Shown piece by piece: positions 46,566 to 55,765 of a stretch of DNA of 64,000 nucleotides. The stretch covers positions 128,001-192,000 of IMG/VR virus record IMGVR_UViG_3300050156_000143; one strand, written 5' to 3'. The notes under the pieces are model-generated. The model saw only the letters and a program-made list of their open reading frames with translations. It made no database searches and was not told where the DNA came from. Position 1 is the first letter of the stretch. Each line of letters opens with the position of its first letter. The position numbers were made by a program, and so were the translations under genes. The stretch is from a virus. Taxonomy: Duplodnaviria; Caudoviricetes.

Positions 46566-47315
46566 ATGAAAGCTCGTGAGTTTATGAATGAAATGGCAGT
46601 TCCATCCGACGATTTGCGGATGAAAACTTTCTACCACGGAACCACCACTATGGAAGTCGCAGAATCCATCTGGGTCAAAGGATTGGATTCTAAGAACACC
46701 GATGTGAAATATGGCAAGAGCAACGCACATTTGCGCCCTGCGACCGGTAGAGTTTATGTTACACCCGATTTAGCATATGCAGGGATGTATGCCATAGGCG
46801 GTGATGTTTATGGATCGAAATCCCCCAGAATGACAGGGCGGACGGCTGGATACATATTAGAATTCACCGGGGATCAACTCGGGGACGTGTTGCCGGACGA
46901 GGATATGGTGGGGAACATTATCGGGGTGTACCTATCCAAATCAGGATACGGCAAACAACGCTGGCCAGAAGTGTTCACTGATGAAATTGTGTCCAAATGG
47001 GCACACTATGTTGTGACAAAGTTTTCCCCGAATACAGTTAGAAAGTTGATGGGTGGTGAGTATTCGTGGTACGCCAAGGTTGGTAAACACGTTATGGAAC
47101 GCTTACCACAAAATGATGCTATAAGATTTATCAATCTTGGCAAACACATAGCCAACGCTGGCATTATGATGCCATGCAAAATGTACCAAATTTCATTATC
47201 CGACATCCCAAACATCACACGTGATGGGAGCAACTTGCGTCAATACCTGAAATTAATCAAACGCCGAGTCACAAAACCAAAACATTTTGGAATCCAACAT
47301 CAACTACCATTGTAG
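46566..47315 (+). CDS. ADP-ribosyltransferase-like protein, putative head-packaged
   Basis: FYHGT....AESI...GL and GRVYVTPD..YA; N-terminus MKAREFMNE; TAAATA-N4-ATG. Confidence 0.75.
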   Translation: MKAREFMNEMAVPSDDLRMKTFYHGTTTMEVAESIWVKGLDSKNTDVKYGKSNAHLRPATGRVYVTPDLAYAGMYAIGGDVYGSKSPRMTGRTAGYILEFTGDQLGDVLPDEDMVGNIIGVYLSKSGYGKQRWPEVFTDEIVSKWAHYVVTKFSPNTVRKLMGGEYSWYAKVGKHVMERLPQNDAIRFINLGKHIANAGIMMPCKMYQISLSDIPNITRDGSNLRQYLKLIKRRVTKPKHFGIQHQLPL

Positions 47316-47529
47316 ACATCTCGTGAAAAACCATGAATGGACAACGTTGCCAATCTTGCAACGCAGGGTGTTTGGCATATGCGGGGCCACTGATGTGGAT
47401 GTAAAACAGTTGTGTGTTTCATACGGACTAGATTATCACTGGTCGGATATCACAGGGGTTCATCTGATGAGCTACCCATTGCCCCATCGCCCAGACATTG
47501 AATTGGCAGTAACCTTGATATTTAACTGA
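47287..47529 (+). CDS. Hypothetical protein (start uncertain)
   Basis: C-terminal DIELAVTLIF. Confidence 0.4.
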   Translation: MESNINYHCRHLVKNHEWTTLPILQRRVFGICGATDVDVKQLCVSYGLDYHWSDITGVHLMSYPLPHRPDIELAVTLIFN

Positions 47530-47624
47530 CATGAAATTTTATCAACACGTGATTAACTCGGTCAGGCGAGGTGAATGGCACATTGGTATAGAATCTCGGA
47601 AAACCTGGCCACATAAGCCGTATT

Positions 47625-48443
47625 TTGAGTTCACCCATTGTTATTACGATGGATACCACTGGTGTCTGCATCTTTGGTGGTTTTATATCGGCAAATCGTA
47701 CTATTAAAATGTATTCCAACATTCTAGACAAAATTCCGCCGTATATAGCGGCCATTGTTCCTCACCATGTACGCAATCTTGCCGCCAATTTGTCAAAACT
47801 TGGGGAATTTTGTGGGCTAAGTTTTGGCGAGCCACTCATCACACGAGTGACTACCCAAAACGGTGACTATTATACCCAGATTGAAGATCACGTTTCCCCA
47901 ACCAATCCAGTTAAATTTTGGTACGATGATGAAACGGATTATTTTCCTCAATTTGCCAAACACATCACGGAACGGATTTTGAGGCAAGTATCGGATCATG
48001 AAAAATACCCAGCTAAAGAATACTTAGGCATATATGGGCATATTATCCGTGGTGTTAACAGAATTGGGATGTCCACTAGAACACAGCATGCTTCCCATAT
48101 TATGACAAACCGGGCTGGACTATTCGTGTTGTCTCACCATCCTGATTTGAGTACATTGGAGTATCGAGGCGTGGATGAATGCACGCCAAACGACATCGTG
48201 ACTTCCAATTTTGGATCACAATCTCCTCTGTGTGGCGTTAAAGTGATCTTTAACCAATATATGCAAAATGAATACCCGGTGTTTGTTATGATGCTAAATC
48301 GTTCACCCACGTGGGCGGCGACCCTGAATATACACAAACCTCTGGATCAAATTGACGGAAAGTGGTACACGGAATATTCACTAGACTTTCCGGCATTTTG
48401 TAGAAGATACGCTCTCAATATGCTAACCATGACCGAGTGCTGA
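47625..48443 (+). CDS. Hypothetical protein (start uncertain)
   Basis: Long ORF, no motif recognised. Confidence 0.6.
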   Translation: MSSPIVITMDTTGVCIFGGFISANRTIKMYSNILDKIPPYIAAIVPHHVRNLAANLSKLGEFCGLSFGEPLITRVTTQNGDYYTQIEDHVSPTNPVKFWYDDETDYFPQFAKHITERILRQVSDHEKYPAKEYLGIYGHIIRGVNRIGMSTRTQHASHIMTNRAGLFVLSHHPDLSTLEYRGVDECTPNDIVTSNFGSQSPLCGVKVIFNQYMQNEYPVFVMMLNRSPTWAATLNIHKPLDQIDGKWYTEYSLDFPAFCRRYALNMLTMTEC

Positions 48444-48459
48444 CTGCTATAATCAGTGA

Positions 48460-49314
48460 ATGAATCACGAAAAACTCACTGATTACCTAGCAGAAGATAA
48501 GTCCACAGTTAAGACAATTGTGGGACACGATGCTGGACACGTTGTCTCCACCCGCTCTGATGTTGAGACTATTTCGTTGGCCTGTGTGCGGGAATTAATC
48601 TCTCTTCGTCGAATGATGGGGGTTCAGCCAATAACACCAACACAAGATGAAGTCTACATTCGTTCCACCCGTGCATTTTACAGTTGTGCCCCTAATATGC
48701 ACACGCACACCCTTCATCGTGAACTGTCGGATTCGCCGACGCGGGAAGTAAAACGCCTGGCATCATCACTGAAATTGACTTCGGTCACTATGCCAGCAGC
48801 AATTGCCAAGACTATTACATCCCCGGTGATTGACACTGTGTTAGAAACGATGGATCAACTCAGTAACGAACATCACATCCAGTTGGAAACGGTTCGCTCT
48901 ACCAGTCTAAGCCGATATCGTTCAGTGATCGAAGAACTTGCACACAAAGTTGACGCAAACTTCATATTGACTGACAAAGTGGGGCTATCGGTGCTCACAG
49001 ATTCCTTCAGATTTAATCCCATTGGTGGCACTCGCAAAACCCGAATTCAGCCACGTGGAAACATCAACATGGGGCCAACTGGGACATTTGCAGTTTATGT
49101 TGACACTGCTAGTGAAAATTGCGCCAATGTGCAATTCATTTTTGGCAACAAGGGGTCAGATGATTATGATGTTGGCATCGTATTCGCACCGCAAAATCTA
49201 TTCACCTTCGGATCGGATGATCTGTACTCCACTACTACCACCCGCTTCGGCATTTTGAGTAACAATGATGGTGGATATTTTAGCAAATTGTCTATTGGCA
49301 ACATTGAAACTTAA
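48460..49314 (+). CDS. Degenerate major-capsid (gp23/gp24-like) paralog 1
   Basis: MMGVQPIT ~ IVGVQPMT; VYVDT..FGNKGSDDYDVGIVFAPQ ~ IFVDS..IGYKGPNEFDAAAFYCPY; TTRFG ~ KTRYG of the window's own MCP. Confidence 0.65.
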   Translation: MNHEKLTDYLAEDKSTVKTIVGHDAGHVVSTRSDVETISLACVRELISLRRMMGVQPITPTQDEVYIRSTRAFYSCAPNMHTHTLHRELSDSPTREVKRLASSLKLTSVTMPAAIAKTITSPVIDTVLETMDQLSNEHHIQLETVRSTSLSRYRSVIEELAHKVDANFILTDKVGLSVLTDSFRFNPIGGTRKTRIQPRGNINMGPTGTFAVYVDTASENCANVQFIFGNKGSDDYDVGIVFAPQNLFTFGSDDLYSTTTTRFGILSNNDGGYFSKLSIGNIET

Positions 49315-49331
49315 CTTTAAGGAACATTTTT

Positions 49332-50021
49332 ATGGTAACGTTGGAAACACAATTAACAGCATTGTATGCAGTCCAAAACAGTGATCACGTAATGCTTTGC
49401 ACCACATACGGCACTCCTCCAGTAGGTCAGTATTCGCGGATGATTTCGCTTGAAATTGTGGTCAATCCGCCAACCGAGTGGGTTCCCGTTAGCGCAACCA
49501 CCACATTCGAGCTGTTCACTGATGCTGCAAAACTTGGTGATAAGAATACACACATCTGTCCACCAGTCCCGTTCGATACACCAGACGAAATAAACGGTTT
49601 GCGTGGCATGATTTCCCCTGACTGGACTACTGAGAATTGGTTCAAATGTCACGTGAATGTAGCGGCCAACAAAATTGCCGCAAAAAGTCGTCGTGGGGCA
49701 GGAAATGCCATGTTTGCGAACGCGCACACGTTGCGGATGTTTGGAATCATCGCGATCGATGACGGCGTGGGTTTAAAAGATGTTGGTCATCTTGATCCAA
49801 GCAACCGGGTATCATGTTACGTTGTGCCACAAGGTTGGTTAAAAGATGGTGAAGTATTGGTTGCTTACCGTGGCAACAACGTCGGCGATAACGCACTATT
49901 TCTGTATACCCGGACAGAAAATGGGATAGATGAATTTTGCGTTGTCAAAAATGAGTCATCTTCTCACACCGCGACCGCCGCTGATTATTTTGCAAAGCTG
50001 ATATTACCCATCGCCCAATGA
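49332..50021 (+). CDS. Degenerate major-capsid paralog 2 (C-terminal half)
   Basis: VNVAANKIAAKSRRGAGN ~ INATANRIAQRTRRGAAN; VLVAYRG ~ VLIGYKG. Confidence 0.7.
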   Translation: MVTLETQLTALYAVQNSDHVMLCTTYGTPPVGQYSRMISLEIVVNPPTEWVPVSATTTFELFTDAAKLGDKNTHICPPVPFDTPDEINGLRGMISPDWTTENWFKCHVNVAANKIAAKSRRGAGNAMFANAHTLRMFGIIAIDDGVGLKDVGHLDPSNRVSCYVVPQGWLKDGEVLVAYRGNNVGDNALFLYTRTENGIDEFCVVKNESSSHTATAADYFAKLILPIAQ

Positions 50022-50716
50022 GTGGTAACAATATGACAACTTTAGAAACCCAGTTAACCGGGTTATATGGTGTTGGAAATGTTTCCAAAGTAGCGCGTTG
50101 TTTACATGAATATCCGGTAGAGTTGCCCCGTTCTCCATTTTCTCCTGAAAAGGATTGGGAACCGTGTGTGATAACTAGGCAAAAGTGGGTCATGACCAGC
50201 TTGCGTGAGCCGAGTCCAACTGATTGGAAAGCTGTGACCCACGATACACCGCGTCAGTTGTTTGATAATATCGCCAATGCTGTCGAAGTGAATGTGTATG
50301 ATTGTCGAGAAGCCCCGTGGAGGCGTTTTAGTCAGCGCCTTTTACTGGAACTTTTCTTCGGCATGAAGTGGAACCCTGGTGCAACCGTGTATGCAAATGT
50401 GAAAACAATGTGCTCCATCGGGGTATCCAATGATGGCATCCCAGATACTCAAACCGTGTCTCACCTAGGGTATTCTCAGTTGTCGTACCATCATGTTGAC
50501 AAACAGTCTTGTTACTGTGTTCCAGACGATTGGTTAACAGATGGCGAAATTTTGATGACACGTAACCACCGACATGTTACCCATTACGAGAAATTCTTAT
50601 ACACCAGAATGCAAAACAATTTGGAGGAATATTGTGTGATCGAAAAGCCGCCAAATGTCTATCATCGGCCCAGACCTGATGTCCCACAGTTAATCAAACT
50701 ATTGATGCCAATTTGA
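50018..50716 (+). CDS. Paralog of the 49332 gene (more diverged)
   Basis: Shared TLETQLT.LY.V and SCY.VP..WL.DGE.L..FLYTR..N..E.CV. Confidence 0.7.
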   Translation: MSGNNMTTLETQLTGLYGVGNVSKVARCLHEYPVELPRSPFSPEKDWEPCVITRQKWVMTSLREPSPTDWKAVTHDTPRQLFDNIANAVEVNVYDCREAPWRRFSQRLLLELFFGMKWNPGATVYANVKTMCSIGVSNDGIPDTQTVSHLGYSQLSYHHVDKQSCYCVPDDWLTDGEILMTRNHRHVTHYEKFLYTRMQNNLEEYCVIEKPPNVYHRPRPDVPQLIKLLMPI

Positions 50717-50722
50717 ATACCA

Positions 50723-51073
50723 ATGTCAATGAACCTTTGCCTATATGGTGAGAGAACCATAGCATATAAAGACGGCAACCGGAAACGGCGGACGTCAAAG
50801 CAGCAAATTGAGTTTGAATGCTGGCAGACACCGACTGAGGTGAGCTATGCAATCAAATCAAGCCCAGACCCATTGGTCGCATATTCCAACTGGGTGAAAG
50901 AAAATGATTCACCCTATGAGGAGTATGATTACGCTGACGGAAATTGGTCACTCGATGAAGAACCATGCGGTAAAATCCTAGTAAGCCCGGCTGAACAGCA
51001 TCTGACTAAATTGTCTGAATGGTTGTGTTTAGCGCAAGAAGAAGGTTACGCCATCACTTGGTCGGTGCAATAA
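50723..51073 (+). CDS. Conserved hypothetical protein
   Basis: WQTPT..Y..W..HL..L.EW...EGY.I.W. Confidence 0.7.
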   Translation: MSMNLCLYGERTIAYKDGNRKRRTSKQQIEFECWQTPTEVSYAIKSSPDPLVAYSNWVKENDSPYEEYDYADGNWSLDEEPCGKILVSPAEQHLTKLSEWLCLAQEEGYAITWSVQ

Positions 51074-51076
51074 ACC

Positions 51077-51104
51077 AAAAACCCACTGGTTAGGTGGGTT
51101 TTTT
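51077..51104 (+). terminator. Intrinsic terminator
   Basis: aaaaaccca..tgggtttttt. Confidence 0.75.
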
Positions 51105-51168
51105 CATGGCGTCTTGTTTTGTGAGGATTCAAAGTGCATAATCCACACATCGCAAACAGGAGCGCACA

Positions 51169-51474
51169 ATGTCTGGACAAGGTTTCACGACCATCACGGT
51201 CAAGTTGACGAAAAACGTGATGAATCCACGTGGCCATCTAAACGGGCTAATTGGCAGTGAATCGTACTATTTGGCACACAAGGGCGAGGAAGTTCGATTC
51301 ACTTATAAACTCGGTCAAGATAACACGGATAGTGATCTAAAACGTGTGGTCGATCTGATCATGTGCAAAAACAAATTTCCGATCGCTTATCGCACACGCC
51401 GTGAAGCCTGGACTCAAGACTTCGTCATCGTTTCCAAAGAAGATTGGTTCGACGATGAATACAACGGTGATTGA
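51169..51474 (+). CDS. Hypothetical protein
   Basis: AGGAG RBS. Confidence 0.65.
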   Translation: MSGQGFTTITVKLTKNVMNPRGHLNGLIGSESYYLAHKGEEVRFTYKLGQDNTDSDLKRVVDLIMCKNKFPIAYRTRREAWTQDFVIVSKEDWFDDEYNGD

Positions 51475-51514
51475 CACGTTGGCTTTCAACATTTAACACA
51501 AAGGATATTTCATT

Positions 51515-52774
51515 ATGGAACAAGATTACAACTTCATCGATGGCGTTCACGTTGGTATCAAAGCCTGGACTAAGGGTGTGCAAATGGAAGATGCTGCACG
51601 CCAACAATTGCTCAACATTTCATCACTGCCTTTTATCCATAGTCACATCGCGGTGATGCCCGATGTGCATTACGGTCTTGGTGCAACAATTGGCAGTGTG
51701 ATTGCCACAAAGGGCGCCATCGTTCCCGCTGCCGTGGGCGTTGATCTTGGCTGCGGTATGTTCGCACAACGCACGTCATTGGTCGCATCAGATTTGCCCG
51801 ACAACTTGCATGCCCTTCGCAGCAACATCGAGTCCAAGATTCCCCACGGTCGCACTAACAATGGCGGTCAAGGTGATCGCGGAGCGTGGCACAACGTTCC
51901 AGATGACGTTTACAAACGCTTGACTCCCAGTTTAACCGCATTGTCGGCCATCACTGAAAAACACCCCAAACTACAACGTGCGGCGCAACGTGCAGCAAAC
52001 CATTGTGGAACACTTGGTACTGGCAACCATTTTGTGGAAGTTTGCCTGGATGAGGAACAGCGTGTGTGGATCATGCTGCACTCGGGTTCACGTGGGATTG
52101 GCAACGCAATTGGCACTTATTTCATCGAACATGCTAAGAAAGATATGCAACGCTGGTTTATCAACTTGCCCGACCAAGATTTGGCATATATTCCGCAGGG
52201 TTCCGAGTTGTTTGACGACTACTGTCTGGCGTTAAAGTGGGCGCAAGATTATGCTCACATCAATCGCCAAGTCATGATGGATGCAGCGATGCGTGCTTTG
52301 ATTGAATCGGTGCCAAAACCGTTTACGTGCGACTGTGAATCGGTGCCAAAACCGTTTACGTGCGACTGTGAATCGGTCAATTGCCATCACAATTATGTGA
52401 ACTGGGAACGCCATTATGGGGAAAACGTGATGGTCACTCGTAAGGGCGCAGTCTCGGCACAGAAGGGGCAGTTTGGCATCATCCCCGGTAGCATGGGCGC
52501 AAAATCGTTCATTGTGAGTGGCAAAGGTAATCCAGAATCGTTTTGCTCATGTTCGCACGGAGCTGGGCGATCAATGTCTCGAACCGCAGCCAAAAAGAAA
52601 TTCACACTCAAAGACCACGAAATTGCCACCAATGGGGTTGAATGTCGAAAAGACGCGGACGTGATCGATGAAACCCCAATGGCGTACAAAGATATCGACG
52701 ATGTGATGAAGGCCCAAGAAAGCCTGGTGGACATCGTTCACACTTTGAAACAAATCGTGTGCGTGAAGGGGTGA
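51515..52774 (+). CDS. rtcB: RNA-splicing ligase RtcB
   Basis: MPDVH.G.GATIG, VGVDLGCG, GTLGTGNHF, LHSGSRG.G, HHNYV, RKGA, PGSMG, HGAGR, DETP.AYK. Confidence 0.96.
   Translation: MEQDYNFIDGVHVGIKAWTKGVQMEDAARQQLLNISSLPFIHSHIAVMPDVHYGLGATIGSVIATKGAIVPAAVGVDLGCGMFAQRTSLVASDLPDNLHALRSNIESKIPHGRTNNGGQGDRGAWHNVPDDVYKRLTPSLTALSAITEKHPKLQRAAQRAANHCGTLGTGNHFVEVCLDEEQRVWIMLHSGSRGIGNAIGTYFIEHAKKDMQRWFINLPDQDLAYIPQGSELFDDYCLALKWAQDYAHINRQVMMDAAMRALIESVPKPFTCDCESVPKPFTCDCESVNCHHNYVNWERHYGENVMVTRKGAVSAQKGQFGIIPGSMGAKSFIVSGKGNPESFCSCSHGAGRSMSRTAAKKKFTLKDHEIATNGVECRKDADVIDETPMAYKDIDDVMKAQESLVDIVHTLKQIVCVKG
52303..52377 (+). repeat. In-frame 33-bp tandem duplication in rtcB
   Basis: TGAATCGGTGCCAAAACCGTTTACGTGCGACTG twice, plus TGAATCGGT. 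Confidence 0.95.
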
Positions 52775-52778
52775 CACA

Positions 52779-53036
52779 ATGGACGAAACCGACTTAGCCA
52801 ATTTGTTACTCAACGATGTCCCAATAGAAATTGGCGAACGGGTGCAAATCATCAGCGGGGAATATTCTGGCAGAGTCGGAACGGTGTATGACGTGAATTC
52901 CGTGCGTGGCACTCAAACACTGGTCAAGGCACATCTAGATCAACCAGTGGACGGGCCATATTTATACGGCATGCTGCATATACACATTAGGCGCAAACAT
53001 GTAATTCGACACTGGGGGCAACATGGGAGAAATTGA
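52779..53036 (+). CDS. Family-S KOW/SH3-like small protein 1
   Basis: MDETDLANLL..IGERVQI..HW. Confidence 0.75.
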   Translation: MDETDLANLLLNDVPIEIGERVQIISGEYSGRVGTVYDVNSVRGTQTLVKAHLDQPVDGPYLYGMLHIHIRRKHVIRHWGQHGRN

Positions 53037-53271
53037 GCTAGCAAATTTACTCATGGGTGGAATTACCGTGGGTGATCGAGTTAGAGTTATTGACGCAGGG
53101 AAATCGGGAGGGTACTACAATGACGGTGAAACGGGAACGGTTCTAAGGGATGACACTATGAAAGATGACACAATATATGTGCAGTTCGATGCACACTGCG
53201 TTGCTCCCAACCGAAACGCTAACAATACTGCCTGGGTAAATGCAATGGCAGTCGAGAGAATCTGGGAGTAA
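53023..53271 (+). CDS. Family-S small protein 2
   Basis: EIELANLL..VGDRVRV..IWE. Confidence 0.75.
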   Translation: MGEIELANLLMGGITVGDRVRVIDAGKSGGYYNDGETGTVLRDDTMKDDTIYVQFDAHCVAPNRNANNTAWVNAMAVERIWE

Positions 53272-53274
53272 AAC

Positions 53275-53541
53275 ATGAACGAAAACGATGTTGCAAATTT
53301 GTTGTTACAAGACTTGCAATTTGAAGTGGGAGAACGGGTTGTCATACGAGATAATCCAATTGGGCAAGCTGCTGGAGTATGGTACGAAGGTGGAGAAACG
53401 GGGGTTATCCGTAACACTAGTATTCGCCATCCATGTGTTAAGTTTGATTTACCCAATCCCAAGTTGAAACGATTCGTCAATCACAATGGAGAACATTATT
53501 GTCACGTTGACATACGCGATCTTCGTCGTCATTGGGAGTAA
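53275..53541 (+). CDS. Family-S small protein 3
   Basis: ENDVANLL..FEVGERVVI..HWE. Confidence 0.75.
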   Translation: MNENDVANLLLQDLQFEVGERVVIRDNPIGQAAGVWYEGGETGVIRNTSIRHPCVKFDLPNPKLKRFVNHNGEHYCHVDIRDLRRHWE

Positions 53542-53544
53542 ACG

Positions 53545-53832
53545 ATGGATGAAACGTTTTTGGCAAAGTTATTGATAGGTGAATTCCAAGTTGGCGACAG
53601 AGTACAAGTCAAGTTTGGAACAAACGTTTTTGGGTATCGTGATGGCGCAACTGGCCGAATTGTCCTCATGAATCCAAATCACCCACAACGGATTTGTGCC
53701 GTTTCTTTCGACGATCCTCAAGCCATCGCAGCATCGCCAGCTAAATTAACATATAAAGAATTCGAGAATTGCCGCTGGTGCCCTGAACACCATCTAACTT
53801 ATTATTGGGAATCCGATGACACAACCTTCTGA
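53545..53832 (+). CDS. Family-S small protein 4
   Basis: DETFLAKLL..FQVGDRVQV..YYWE. Confidence 0.75.
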   Translation: MDETFLAKLLIGEFQVGDRVQVKFGTNVFGYRDGATGRIVLMNPNHPQRICAVSFDDPQAIAASPAKLTYKEFENCRWCPEHHLTYYWESDDTTF

Positions 53833-54073
53833 ACACGATGTTGCCAAAATGTTACTACACGGTACTCCATTTTCTGTTGGAGATCGGGTGGAAGTGACAT
53901 TCACATGCGACTATTACGCTAGTGGAGAACGGGGCACCATTGTGCTCGCCACAGACAGCGACGCTTACATAACGTTTGACCCACAATACGTGAACAAACA
54001 TCGATACCCATTCAATGGTCGTCCAAACTGCGCGAATGCAATTACCCAGTTTCTAACACATTGTTGGGATTAA
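53816..54073 (+). CDS. Family-S small protein 5
   Basis: EHDVAKML..FSVGDRVEV..HCWD. Confidence 0.75.
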   Translation: MTQPSEHDVAKMLLHGTPFSVGDRVEVTFTCDYYASGERGTIVLATDSDAYITFDPQYVNKHRYPFNGRPNCANAITQFLTHCWD

Positions 54074-54074
54074 G

Positions 54075-54287
54075 ATGGACGGAAACGTTTTAGCCAGCAT
54101 TCTCTTAACCGGGGTTCCGTATCAGGTTGGGGACAAGGTTCAAATAACCCACGAACATTGCCGCACTGGCGTTATTCATGAACTTCATAAACTAAACTCT
54201 GGTGATTCGTATGCCGTAGTTCAATTAGATGACTGCACAAGACGATACGTCCATGTCAGAATCTTAAACCATTATTTTGGAGAATAA
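54075..54287 (+). CDS. Family-S small protein 6
   Basis: DGNVLASIL..YQVGDKVQI..HYFGE. Confidence 0.75.
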   Translation: MDGNVLASILLTGVPYQVGDKVQITHEHCRTGVIHELHKLNSGDSYAVVQLDDCTRRYVHVRILNHYFGE

Positions 54288-54288
54288 A

Positions 54289-54705
54289 ATGAGTCAAACT
54301 GTTAAAAACCTTGTAATTCACGGTGTTGAATGGCGAATTGGGGATGAATTCTATTTCGTGCATCCCTACGAAATAGGACACAACCGGAAAGTGGTTGGGA
54401 TTGATGATAATGGCCTGGTACACGATTGCCACAATGGGAACAAACGGATTTGTGATCCTGCCAAAACACGTAATGGGGCAGTCTTCTACATCAATGTCGG
54501 TCACCAAGCTAGACTGACGGCAAAATTCCGCAAACCTGGTTTGTTGGTAAAAATGTCCGATGCGGAATTTATTCGGCGAAAACACGAGGTGGACAAAGCC
54601 ATGATTGCTTGCAAAATCGGGGGTTTCATCACGAATGCAACTATTATCTACACACTGGCAAAAATCAATATCAGAAAACATCGAATTGGCCTGGGACGAC
54701 TGTGA
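54289..54705 (+). CDS. Hypothetical protein
   Basis: GGAG RBS before MSQT. Confidence 0.6.
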   Translation: MSQTVKNLVIHGVEWRIGDEFYFVHPYEIGHNRKVVGIDDNGLVHDCHNGNKRICDPAKTRNGAVFYINVGHQARLTAKFRKPGLLVKMSDAEFIRRKHEVDKAMIACKIGGFITNATIIYTLAKINIRKHRIGLGRL

Positions 54706-55133
54706 AGGATCAGGCCGAAGTTACCCTCAACCAGTACGATCAACTTGTCTTTTACCGTGATTTACACCCTAGCCCTCCCATGAAAACACTATCTGATTTC
54801 CCGGTATTGGAAATTTTGGACAGGGTGGTTTTCAAAAATGGCGAACAAGGCATCTATCTCGGGGAAATGCGTGCAGGGAGTAAACGAGAACTATGCGCTG
54901 CGTTTATCGTCAATGATGGTCGCCACCCAAAATACATTCAGCCATCGGCAGTTCACCAATACGTTTCACACGTGTTCTCCCATGATGTTGAACATACTGT
55001 CAAAAATGGTATCAATTTTGCAACAAATTGCATGTACCGTGGAAAACTAAAATGGGAAGCACCATCGCTACGGTTAAAAGAAATTGACGAGCAGATTGCA
55101 AAATTGATGGAAGAACGTAGCAAGCTACTGTGA
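54609..55133 (+). CDS. Hypothetical protein (true start likely downstream, about 54702 or 54780)
   Basis: C-terminal coiled coil LKEIDEQIAKL; ends before a terminator. Confidence 0.55.
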   Translation: MQNRGFHHECNYYLHTGKNQYQKTSNWPGTTVKDQAEVTLNQYDQLVFYRDLHPSPPMKTLSDFPVLEILDRVVFKNGEQGIYLGEMRAGSKRELCAAFIVNDGRHPKYIQPSAVHQYVSHVFSHDVEHTVKNGINFATNCMYRGKLKWEAPSLRLKEIDEQIAKLMEERSKLL

Positions 55134-55134
55134 C

Positions 55135-55159
55135 AAAAAGCGGCATAGGCCGCTTTTTT
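55135..55159 (+). terminator. Intrinsic terminator
   Basis: aaaaagcggc-atag-gccgctttttt. Confidence 0.8.
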
Positions 55160-55234
55160 CATGATCCACCAAATTTATTTTCATTTTTTTCACCATTTTG
55201 TTGAAAAATGTGGTGAACTGTGGTTAAATACCTG

Positions 55235-55725
55235 CTGTGAGGGAGTTCCTACCTTGTCCCTCACAATGACCGGGGCATGACTCACCCTTACCGTGTATTC
55301 TCTCTGATCCGTGCGGAAAGCCAATTCATTTTGGTGGGGAAGCTGGATGACAAAATTAGTAGGACGATAGAGGTACAGGCCATATCAAAATGGCTTATTT
55401 AAGCTAGCAAAATTAGGAATAAAACCCATGTCACGAAAGTGATGATGGCAGTGTGAACAAGTTGGGGTATATCAAATCATATACCACCCTGGTGGATTCC
55501 AGGTTCAACAATGCGGATGAACGAGCACTGTGCAACTGATAATTGCAAACATCGGGAATAAAGGAGATGCTGGCCATCGGGTTCGGATACTGCATTAAAT
55601 TGCGACTTCGTAATGTGAATAGATAGACCCCCATAAGAACGTCTGTGCTATCTCACACCCTGCGAAGGTATCCGAACCCAATGAATATCACGTTTGCGCG
55701 TGAGTCTCACTCATGTCCAAATTTA
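55235..55725 (+). ncRNA. Candidate large structured ncRNA (B), late-promoter driven
   Basis: Starts just after TAAATA 55225-55230; helices gtgaggga/tccctcac, gccat/atggc, tcac-GAAA-gtga, ggtatat/atatacc, and a perfect 12-bp long-range helix 55579-55590/55668-55679; no credible ORF. Confidence 0.6.
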
Positions 55726-55765
55726 ATTGAGTTAAAAATTTTAAGTTAAATTATTCTTTGTAAAA

